Of a DNA stretch of 64,000 bases, positions 56,557-64,000 are shown in pieces; position 1 is the first letter of the stretch, and the number at the start of each line of letters is the position of its first letter. The stretch comes from Fusobacteriota bacterium. GTDB taxonomy: Bacteria > Fusobacteriota > Fusobacteriia > Fusobacteriales > JBNJFI01. The notes under the pieces are model-generated. The model made no database searches and had not been told where the DNA came from. It saw only the letters and a program-made list of their open reading frames with translations. A program made the translations under genes and the position numbers. The stretch lies in assembly GCA_051746725.1 (NCBI GenBank), contig JBNJFI010000003.1, forward strand, positions 5,228 through 69,227, given 5' to 3'.

Positions 56557-57190
56557 AAATAAAAAAGGTTATTTTTTATATACAATATTTTTGTTTATTA
56601 TGTTTATAATAACACTATTAAGTGCAGTTGTGTTTTTAGATATAATAGGTATATTAAATATAGGAAATTCAATTCCTGCTGATTCATCAGTGGGAAGATT
56701 GCCATATGTTGGACAATATTTAAAATATAGCCGAACTTTACATATGTCAGAAGAAGATAGGTTAGAAGCTAGAACTTCACAATATCAAGAGATATTAGAA
56801 ACTCAAAAAAGAAAACTAATCATCCAAGAAGAAAATCTAAAGGAACTAAAGGCAGAAATACAAGAAAGGTCCAAAGAATTAGATGAAAAGGAAAAAGAAC
56901 TAAAAGAAAGAGAAGAAGAACTAGAAGAAAGTCAAAAAGAATTAGAAGAATTTAAATTTGATTATGAGGCCAAGGAAGAAAATATAAATAAATTTGCTCA
57001 AATTTATTCTGAGATGGAGGCTGAAAAAGCGGCCAATATAATGAAAAATATAGATAATGAAATTGTAGCTAAAGTTTTAGAGAATATGGATACAGAGAAT
57101 ATTGCACCAATTTTAGAATTTTTATCGGATATTGATATGGAAAAAACTAAAAATATAACTGAAATGATGACTAGTAAAGAGGGAGAATGA
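56543..57190 (+). CDS. FlbB/YlxF/MotE-like flagellar protein (TM, coiled coil, MgtE_N-like domain)
   Basis: TM ending FLDIIGIL; long coiled coil; KFAQIYSEMEAEKAANIM...LENMD...IAPIL; directly after fliJ. Confidence 0.75.
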   Translation: MTMAKNKKGYFLYTIFLFIMFIITLLSAVVFLDIIGILNIGNSIPADSSVGRLPYVGQYLKYSRTLHMSEEDRLEARTSQYQEILETQKRKLIIQEENLKELKAEIQERSKELDEKEKELKEREEELEESQKELEEFKFDYEAKEENINKFAQIYSEMEAEKAANIMKNIDNEIVAKVLENMDTENIAPILEFLSDIDMEKTKNITEMMTSKEGE

Positions 57191-57191
57191 A

Positions 57192-57509
57192 ATGAATACT
57201 AAACAAAAAAAACTTTTTATAATATTAAATATTTTAATAGTTATATTTGTTATCCATATTGCTTTTGATACGTTATTGATATATAAAGATTTGAGAAATA
57301 ACAAAATTACCATAGAAAAGAAACAACAAAATATAAAAAAATTGGAGGAGAGAAAAGAAAATTTAGAAAAAAATTTGAAAAATATCAAGAAATTAGATAT
57401 AATGGAAGAGATAGCACGGGAAAAATTATATATGGTTAAAGAAAACGAAAAAATTTATCGTGTTTTGAAAACAAAAAAAGAAGATTCTGAAGGGAGAGAA
57501 AAAAGGTAA
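57192..57509 (+). CDS. Septum formation initiator (FtsB/DivIC family)
   Basis: Single TM, coiled coil, EEIAREKLYMVKENEKIY. Confidence 0.85.
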   Translation: MNTKQKKLFIILNILIVIFVIHIAFDTLLIYKDLRNNKITIEKKQQNIKKLEERKENLEKNLKNIKKLDIMEEIAREKLYMVKENEKIYRVLKTKKEDSEGREKR

Positions 57510-57893
57510 ATGGCAATTAAAAAAGGTGATATTGTAAAGGGTAAAGTTGAAAAGTTAACTAACTTTGGTGCATTTGTAAATTTAGGAAATAACAGAACAG
57601 GGTTGGTTCATATTTCTGAAGTAGATTCTTCATATGTTGAAGATATCTCAGATTTTTTAAAAGAGGGACAAAAGATTAAGGTTAAGGTTTTAGCAATTAA
57701 AGATGGAGGGAAAATTGATTTATCTATTAAAGCTATAAAGAAAAAGAAAAAAAAGAAAAAAATAACCGGATCTTTAAATCTTGAAAGTCAAAAACATGAC
57801 TCTGGAAAATTTGAAGATAAAATTACGAACTTTTTAAAAAGTAGTGAAGAAAGACAAAATGCTATAAATAAAAGGTTAAATGATAGAAAATAA
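57510..57893 (+). CDS. S1 RNA-binding domain protein (YabR/YugI-like)
   Basis: GKVEKLTNFGAFV, GLVHISEV, GKIDLSIK, FEDKI..FLKSSEER. Confidence 0.92.
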   Translation: MAIKKGDIVKGKVEKLTNFGAFVNLGNNRTGLVHISEVDSSYVEDISDFLKEGQKIKVKVLAIKDGGKIDLSIKAIKKKKKKKKITGSLNLESQKHDSGKFEDKITNFLKSSEERQNAINKRLNDRK

Positions 57894-57912
57894 TTAGGAG
57901 GAATTCATAATA

Positions 57913-58932
57913 ATGAAAAGAAATTTAGCACTTGAATTTGCTAGAGTTACAGAAGTTGCAGCTTTAGCCTCGGAGCAATGGATTGGGCGTGGAGATAAAG
58001 AAAGTGCAGACCAAGCAGCTGTAAATGCTATGAGGTCAATGCTCAATAAAATTGATGTCGATGGAAAAGTTGTAATTGGTGAAGGAGAAATTGATGAAGC
58101 TCCTATGTTATTTATAGGAGAAGAGGTGGGAAAAAAAGGTGCTAAAACTAAAATAGATATCGCTGTTGATCCTATTGAAGGGACTAAAATGACAGCAAAA
58201 GGACAGCCAAATGCATTGGCTGTTATGGCAGTTGCAAATCGAGGAAGTTTTTTAGAGGCTCCTGATATGTATATGGAAAAATTAATAGTTGGTTCAAATG
58301 CTAGAGGAGCTATAGATTTAAATTTACCATTAGAGGATAATATAAATAATATTTCAAAAAAAATAGGAAAAGATCTCAGAGATATGTCTGTTGTTATTTT
58401 AGATAAACCGAGACATTCACAAGTTATAAGAGATCTACAAAATATGGGGTTAAAAGTTATGGCATTTACCGATGGAGATGTTGCTGGATCTATATTAGCT
58501 GCTTTAGAGACCTCGGATGTAGATCTCTTATATGGGATTGGAGGAGCTCCTGAAGGCGTCATTTCTGCAGCTGCAATGCGTGCTCTTGATGGCGATATGC
58601 AGGCCAGGTTAAAGACTCGTAGTGAAGTCAAAGGGATATCTTTAGAAAATGATAAGATATCTAATACAGAAATTTCTAGATGCAAAGATATGGGAATTGA
58701 AGTAAATAAAGTTTTGAAACTAGATGACTTAGTTAAAGATGAGCAAGTTGTTTTTGTAGCTACTGGAATAACCAATGGAGATTTATTAAAAGGAATGAAG
58801 AAAAGTGGAGATATAATAACAACGTATTCACTACTAATACGAGGGAAAACACGTACAGTTAGATATATAAAATCAAAACATAATATAAAGCACAAGCCTG
58901 AAGAAACAAAAAAATGTATAATTGGAGGATAG
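57913..58932 (+). CDS. glpX: Class II fructose-1,6-bisphosphatase
   Basis: RVTEVAAL, VIGEGEIDEAPML, DPIEGT, DGDV, GGAPEGV, ATGITNGDLL. Confidence 0.97.
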   Translation: MKRNLALEFARVTEVAALASEQWIGRGDKESADQAAVNAMRSMLNKIDVDGKVVIGEGEIDEAPMLFIGEEVGKKGAKTKIDIAVDPIEGTKMTAKGQPNALAVMAVANRGSFLEAPDMYMEKLIVGSNARGAIDLNLPLEDNINNISKKIGKDLRDMSVVILDKPRHSQVIRDLQNMGLKVMAFTDGDVAGSILAALETSDVDLLYGIGGAPEGVISAAAMRALDGDMQARLKTRSEVKGISLENDKISNTEISRCKDMGIEVNKVLKLDDLVKDEQVVFVATGITNGDLLKGMKKSGDIITTYSLLIRGKTRTVRYIKSKHNIKHKPEETKKCIIGG

Positions 58933-60480
58933 ATGCATAAAAATAGTATATTAATTTTAGATTTCGGTTCACAGTATAATCAACTCATAGCTAGAAGAAT
59001 TAGGGAAATGGGAGTATATGCTGAAATAGTTCCTTATAATTTATCGTTGGTAGAAATAAAAAAAAGGGATCCAAAAGCTATTATTTTATCTGGAGGTCCT
59101 GCGTCTGTATATGGCAAAGATTCTCCAAATATTTCAAAAGAAATTTATGATATTGGCATACCTATATTAGGGATTTGTTATGGAATGCAACTTATAACTG
59201 ATCATATGGGTGGAAAGGTCAAAAAAGCTTTAAAAAAAGAGTTTGGAAGAGCAAAATTAAAAATAAATAAAGATAAACAAGAGATACCTTTTTTGAAAGG
59301 CGTACAAAGTGATTCTCAAATCTGGATGAGTCACGGAGATCATGTTACAGATATGCCTAATAATTTTGAAATATTAGGATATACTGAAAATTCTCCCATT
59401 GCAATAATGGGAAATATCAATAAAAATATTTATGCGGTTCAATTTCATCCTGAAGTTACACATTCAACTTATGGAGATCAATTATTAAAAAACTTTGTTT
59501 TTAATATTGCTAATGCCAAAGCTAATTGGTCTATGGAAAACTTTGTTGAAAATGAAGTGAAAAGGATAAAAGAAAAAGTTGGAAATAAGAATGTTATTTT
59601 GGGATTATCTGGTGGTGTTGATTCTTCTGTTGCTGCTGTTTTAATACATAAAGCTATTGGAGATCAATTAACATGTATTTTTGTGGATACTGGGTTAATG
59701 AGAAAAGATGAGGCCAAAAAAGTTATGGAGACTTACGGCAATCATTTTGATATAAATATAGATATGGTTGATGCTAAGTCTCGATTTTTTGATAAACTTG
59801 AAGGAGTAACAGATCCAGAAAAAAAGAGAAAAATAATTGGGAATGAATTTGTAGAAATTTTTGATGAAGAGGCAAAAAAGATAGAAAATGCAACATTTTT
59901 AGCCCAAGGAACAATATATCCAGATGTGATCGAATCTCAATCTGTAAAAGGACCTTCGGCAACGATTAAAAGTCATCACAATGTTGGAGGATTACCTGAA
60001 GAGATGAATTTGAAGTTATTAGAGCCTCTTAGAGAGCTATTTAAAGATGAAGTTAGAAAAGTAGGACGAGAGTTAGGAATCGACCAGGAAATGGTTGATA
60101 GACATCCATTTCCTGGTCCTGGTTTGGGGATTAGGATTTTAGGCGCTGTGGATAGAGAAAAAGTAGAAATTTTACAAAATGCCGATGATATTTTTATAAA
60201 AGAATTATGGAAATCGGATCTATATAATAAAGTTAGTCAAGCATTTGTAGTGCTGCTTCCCATAAAATCAGTTGGAGTAATGGGCGATGAGAGAACTTAT
60301 GAATATACAGCAGTAGTAAGATCAGCTGATACTACTGATTTTATGACAGCTACGTGGTCTAAATTGCCATACGATTTACTAGAAAGAGTTTCTAATAGAA
60401 TTATAAATGAAGTAGAAGGAATAAATAGAGTGGCTTATGATATAAGTTCAAAACCACCAGCGACAATAGAGTGGGAATAA
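58933..60480 (+). CDS. guaA: GMP synthase (glutamine-hydrolysing)
   Basis: LDFGSQY, GICYGMQ, QFHPEV, SGGVDS, IKSHHNV, RHPFPGPGL, KPPATIEWE. Confidence 0.98.
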   Translation: MHKNSILILDFGSQYNQLIARRIREMGVYAEIVPYNLSLVEIKKRDPKAIILSGGPASVYGKDSPNISKEIYDIGIPILGICYGMQLITDHMGGKVKKALKKEFGRAKLKINKDKQEIPFLKGVQSDSQIWMSHGDHVTDMPNNFEILGYTENSPIAIMGNINKNIYAVQFHPEVTHSTYGDQLLKNFVFNIANAKANWSMENFVENEVKRIKEKVGNKNVILGLSGGVDSSVAAVLIHKAIGDQLTCIFVDTGLMRKDEAKKVMETYGNHFDINIDMVDAKSRFFDKLEGVTDPEKKRKIIGNEFVEIFDEEAKKIENATFLAQGTIYPDVIESQSVKGPSATIKSHHNVGGLPEEMNLKLLEPLRELFKDEVRKVGRELGIDQEMVDRHPFPGPGLGIRILGAVDREKVEILQNADDIFIKELWKSDLYNKVSQAFVVLLPIKSVGVMGDERTYEYTAVVRSADTTDFMTATWSKLPYDLLERVSNRIINEVEGINRVAYDISSKPPATIEWE

Positions 60481-60514
60481 AAGAGGAGGGGACGTATATA
60501 CGGCCCCTTCTTTT
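60481..60514 (+). terminator. Intrinsic terminator after guaA
   Basis: GGAGGGG-A-CGT-ATAT-ACG-G-CCCCTTC stem followed by TTTT. Confidence 0.8.
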
Positions 60515-60530
60515 AGTATAGGAGGGAATA

Positions 60531-61028
60531 ATGTTTTTTAAACGATTTAAAAAAAAATTAAGAAATAAAGAAATCAATATCTCGAAAAAAAAATATAAAT
60601 TTGGTTTGAATTTTAGAAAGAAATTTTTATGGGCAGTTGTCGGTATAAATTTATTATTACTAGGGAGCTTTTATTTTTATAAGAATATGGAAAATGGTTC
60701 AAGATTTATGGCTTTGGTATCAATATTAATTATCTTTTTTGGATTGTCTTTTTTATATATGATTTTTGAATATAAAATAGTAATTGATTTAGAAAATAGA
60801 AAAATTTTATATAAAAAAGTGGAGATAGAATTAGATAATATAAAAAAGGTTACCTTAAAACATATGTTGCCTCCTGGAATGAAGACCCCAACTACATCTC
60901 TTGAAATAATAACAAATGATAAAATAAGAATAATAATACCACTAATTATGCATAAAAATGTTGACTTTGCTGCTATTGTCCAAAAAACTTTGGAAAATAG
61001 ATTTCATATAGATAAAACAACTGACTGA
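60531..61028 (+). CDS. Hypothetical membrane protein (two TM helices plus small soluble domain)
   Basis: RBS GGAGGG, two hydrophobic segments, basic N-terminus. Confidence 0.7.
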   Translation: MFFKRFKKKLRNKEINISKKKYKFGLNFRKKFLWAVVGINLLLLGSFYFYKNMENGSRFMALVSILIIFFGLSFLYMIFEYKIVIDLENRKILYKKVEIELDNIKKVTLKHMLPPGMKTPTTSLEIITNDKIRIIIPLIMHKNVDFAAIVQKTLENRFHIDKTTD

Positions 61029-61069
61029 GTTTAAATACAGATTTTAAATACAGAGAAAGAAGGATTTAG

Positions 61070-62014
61070 ATGATATATTTTTTAGTAGGTGATAAAAATA
61101 GAAAAATCAAATATGATAAACTGACATCAAAAATTAAAAAAAATAATCCAGGTTTAATAAAAAAAGTATATGATGTTTCTCAAGGGGAGGAAGAAGACTT
61201 TATAGAAGAGATTTCAACTGATTCTATATTTGGTGGAAAAAAATTTCTGATATTAAAGCGAACAGAAAAAATAAAAAAAATAACAGGTTTTTTAAAAGGA
61301 TTGGAAAAGTTTAATTTTAACAACAAAGAAGTTATCATAGATTTTTCCACCGAAAATAAAAAGTTTTCTAAATATGCTGTAAAAAGAGCAAAGAAATTAG
61401 GTAAAATAATAGAAGTTAAAAATGATAAAAAAAATTTCGAAGTAATTAATTTTATAAAATCTGAGTTAAAAATAACAAGCCCCCAAGCTCATGATTTAAT
61501 GGAAATGATAGGAACAGATATAACTAATATAAAAACAGAAATAAAAAAAATTCAAAATTATTTAGATGGAGAAAAATTTAAAATAGATAAAATTAAAAAC
61601 ATTATAAATATCAGTGTAGAATATAGTATATTTGAACTTATAGATAACATGTTAAAAGGAAAGAAAAATGGTTTAATCTCTTTTTTAAGACAAGAAAAAA
61701 GTTATATGTTATTTTTGTACCTTTTTTTTAAAAAGATGAAAATGTCGTTAAAGCTAAAGTTATTACAAGATCAAGGATTGATTCAAAGGACATATAAATA
61801 CAATGTTTATCAGAATAAATATTATCCTGAAATAAAAAAATATATATCTGGACATCCTTATGCTATATTTATGGCTTTAAAATCATTAGATAAAACCATG
61901 GAGATTCAAGATTACCAGAGAATTTTATATGATCTATTAAAAGTAGAGTTATCTATAAAATCAGGAAAAATTGATATAGAAACTGCCATGGAAATATTTA
62001 TAATGAAATTTTAA
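61070..62014 (+). CDS. holA: DNA polymerase III subunit delta
   Basis: MIYFLVG start, DSIFGGKK, SIFELID, C-terminal GHPYA...LLKVELSIKSG pattern; ~314 aa. Confidence 0.7.
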   Translation: MIYFLVGDKNRKIKYDKLTSKIKKNNPGLIKKVYDVSQGEEEDFIEEISTDSIFGGKKFLILKRTEKIKKITGFLKGLEKFNFNNKEVIIDFSTENKKFSKYAVKRAKKLGKIIEVKNDKKNFEVINFIKSELKITSPQAHDLMEMIGTDITNIKTEIKKIQNYLDGEKFKIDKIKNIINISVEYSIFELIDNMLKGKKNGLISFLRQEKSYMLFLYLFFKKMKMSLKLKLLQDQGLIQRTYKYNVYQNKYYPEIKKYISGHPYAIFMALKSLDKTMEIQDYQRILYDLLKVELSIKSGKIDIETAMEIFIMKF

Positions 62015-62031
62015 ATTTCTAAATAGAATAA

Positions 62032-62060
62032 TTGACAAAAAAGGTTATCTTAGTTATAAT
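62032..62060 (+). promoter_or_regulatory. Perfect-consensus sigma70 promoter for metK
   Basis: TTGACA-N17-TATAAT. Confidence 0.88.
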
Positions 62061-62163
62061 ATTGTTGTTAATTTAAATAAAGATGATTTAAATAAATGAG
62101 AATTAAGTAAAAGTAGATTAGATGAAAGTGAATTAAATAAGAAAATTTTTTGGAGGGATATGA

Positions 62164-63378
62164 ATGAAAGAAGATAGAGTTTTATTTACATCAGAATCTG
62201 TAACAGAAGGTCATCCAGATAAAATGGCTGATCAGATATCTGATGCAATATTAGATGCAATATTAGAAAAAGATCCAAAGGCAAGAGTTGCCTGCGAAAC
62301 TTTTTTGACAACAGGTCTAGTAATGGTCGGAGGAGAAATAAGAACAGAATGTTATGTTGATATACAGGAAATAGTAAGAAAAACAGTTAAAGAAATAGGA
62401 TATACCAGAGCAAAATATGGTTTTGATTATGAAACCTGTGCTATATTAAATTCCATTCACTCTCAATCTCCTGATATAGCTCAAGGAGTAGATGAAGCTT
62501 TGGAATCTAAAGAAGGAAAAATGGACGATGATGATATTGAGGCTTTAGGAGCAGGAGATCAAGGACTTATGTTTGGTTATGCAGTTAATGAAACAGAAGA
62601 GTATATGCCGTTGCCAATAATTTTAGCTCATAAATTAGCTAGACGTTTAGCCTTTGTGAGAAAAAATAAACTCCTGGATTATTTACGACCTGATGGAAAG
62701 ACTCAGGTAACAATTGAGTATGAAAATGGAAAACCGATTAAAGTAGATGCAGTTGTTGTTTCAACTCAGCATAGCAAAAGAGTAAAACAAGATCAAATCA
62801 AAAAAGATATTATAGAAAAAGTTATAAATCCGATTATACCCAAAAAGTATGATAAAGGCGATATTAAATATTATATTAATCCAACTGGAAGATTTGTTGT
62901 AGGCGGACCTAAAGGAGATGCTGGTTTAACTGGTAGAAAGATAATAGTTGACACCTATGGTGGAGTTGGAAGACATGGTGGTGGTGCTTTTTCTGGAAAA
63001 GATGCTACTAAAGTAGATAGATCTGGAACTTATGCTGCTAGATGGGTAGCTAAAAATATTGTAGCAGCTGAATTAGCAGATAGATGTGAAGTTCAACTTG
63101 CGTATGCTATAGGTGTTGCAGAGCCAGTATCTGTATCAATAAATACTCATGGGACTGAAAAGGTAAGCTCAAAAAAGATAGAAGAAGCGGTTAGAAAAAT
63201 TTTTGATTTAAGACCTGGAGCTATAATTAGAGATTTAGATTTACAGAGTCCTATTTATAGAAAAACTGCAGCATATGGACATTTTGGAAGAACGGATATT
63301 GATCTACCTTGGGAAAGATTGGATAAAGTTGAAGAGTTAAAAAAAGAATTAACAGAATTAAATATAAAAAAAAATTAA
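62164..63378 (+). CDS. metK: S-adenosylmethionine synthetase
   Basis: [49 protein letters not shown]. Confidence 0.98.
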   Translation: MKEDRVLFTSESVTEGHPDKMADQISDAILDAILEKDPKARVACETFLTTGLVMVGGEIRTECYVDIQEIVRKTVKEIGYTRAKYGFDYETCAILNSIHSQSPDIAQGVDEALESKEGKMDDDDIEALGAGDQGLMFGYAVNETEEYMPLPIILAHKLARRLAFVRKNKLLDYLRPDGKTQVTIEYENGKPIKVDAVVVSTQHSKRVKQDQIKKDIIEKVINPIIPKKYDKGDIKYYINPTGRFVVGGPKGDAGLTGRKIIVDTYGGVGRHGGGAFSGKDATKVDRSGTYAARWVAKNIVAAELADRCEVQLAYAIGVAEPVSVSINTHGTEKVSSKKIEEAVRKIFDLRPGAIIRDLDLQSPIYRKTAAYGHFGRTDIDLPWERLDKVEELKKELTELNIKKN

Positions 63379-63391
63379 ATGGAGGTATATT

Positions 63392-64000
63392 ATGAAAAAG
63401 AAAATTTTAGGAATCACATTATTAATGATTTTCTCAACATTGAGTTTTTCTGCAGGTAAATATGGAGCAAAGGCCCATGCAATGGGAGGAGCTTTCACAG
63501 CTATTGCAGATGATTCTAGTGCTTTGTATTGGAATCCAGCTGGACTTACTCAAACTAGTTTATTAGGACTAAATGTTAATCTAGGTGGACAAGTTAACCC
63601 AGAAGAGTTAACTCAGATTTCAGATTTTATTGATACAGTTAATGAATTAGAAGATGAAGAAGATTCTATCAAAAAAGCTGAAAAATTAAGTGAATTGGAA
63701 CTTCCAGAAAATATGAATGCACGGGTAAATGGTATGTTATCTTTAAATTTATCACGTTTTGCGGCAGGAGTTATTTTAGATAATGAATTTTCCATAAATT
63801 CTTCAAGAGTAGATAGAACTACTAGTGAAGGATCTTTCAGTATTCCTGCGGGAACGGCTAATAATAAATTATTAGCTCAAGGCTTATTTGGAAGTGGATT
63901 TGAAGTTTTTGATCCACCAGTTTTAGGAAGTATATCATTAGGAGTTACAGGAAAATATTTATATGCTAAAGAAGACATAGCAAATGTATCTATAAATGAT
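63392..64000 (+). CDS. Outer-membrane protein, FadL/PorV/UPF0164/TraF_2-like (3'-truncated by window; absent from the ORF track)
   Basis: GGAGG RBS, ATG 63392, signal peptide, then GAKAHAMGGAFTAIADDSSALYWNPAGL; open to the window end. Confidence 0.75.
   Translation, partial: MKKKILGITLLMIFSTLSFSAGKYGAKAHAMGGAFTAIADDSSALYWNPAGLTQTSLLGLNVNLGGQVNPEELTQISDFIDTVNELEDEEDSIKKAEKLSELELPENMNARVNGMLSLNLSRFAAGVILDNEFSINSSRVDRTTSEGSFSIPAGTANNKLLAQGLFGSGFEVFDPPVLGSISLGVTGKYLYAKEDIANVSIND

Noticed and set aside
57894-58895. 333-aa minus-strand ORF
   Set aside because: Lies entirely antisense to glpX. In this frame, stops arise only where a Tyr codon follows a pyrimidine-ending codon or a His/Gln codon follows a T-ending codon, and GlpX has few of these residues. 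The S/I/F/P-rich translation is a typical shadow with no RBS or motif.
62061-62163. Possible SAM-I (S-box) riboswitch ahead of metK
   Set aside because: No ATC.AGAG/GAGGGA core, no kink-turn or terminator, and no cytosines to form the helices
495-63795. All other short minus-strand ORFs (60-125 aa) and nested + strand ORFs such as 38694..38882
   Set aside because: Each lies within or overlaps a well-supported gene, lacks an RBS or promoter, and has shadow-like composition
1-64000. Prophage, IS, integron, CRISPR, rRNA/tRNA
   Set aside because: No integrase, transposase or phage structural motifs, no repeat-spacer arrays, and no GC-rich structured non-coding blocks long enough for stable RNAs

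Overview
Very AT-rich bacterial chromosome segment with a strong G>C and A>T skew on the + strand. About 60 genes lie on the + strand and only one credible gene lies on the - strand, consistent with a leading-strand region. The organism is diderm: the window encodes a lipid A-type acyltransferase, kdsB, TonB/ExbB/ExbD, a LolA-like protein and outer-membrane barrels. Protein style and gene order (TPR-barrel-exbB-exbD-tonB-NtrC-like-dnaX...rplI-dnaB...U32; dnaN away from dnaA; GlpX/GuaA/YbaB sequence style) suggest a free-living member of Fusobacteriota, but this is inference from recalled gene orders, not a database result. The housekeeping backbone covers replication (dnaN, dnaX, dnaB, holA), lipid synthesis (plsY, gpsA), glycogen/glucan metabolism (glgB, GH15), methionine/SAM (yitJ-like, metK), guaA, udk, aroQ, nrdR, recO, mreC and rplI. 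Most interesting accessory elements: (1) a lone minus-strand ~95-aa orphan with a near-consensus sigma28 promoter and two GGA-loop hairpins in its leader (CsrA-like), with FlgM/YjfB-like features; (2) a flagellar basal-body/export operon (flgB-flgC-fliE-F-G-H-I-X-fliJ-flbB/ylxF) with an unknown 632-aa lipoprotein inserted between fliI and fliJ; (3) a HEAT / GAF-GGDEF / pseudo-peptidase / HEAT c-di-GMP module; (4) a TPR + compact TonB-type barrel + ExbBD-TonB cluster ending in an NtrC-like protein that has lost its sigma54-contact and catalytic motifs. No rRNA, tRNA, CRISPR array, transposase, integrase or prophage gene was recognised. All calls come from visual motif recognition; no searches were run.
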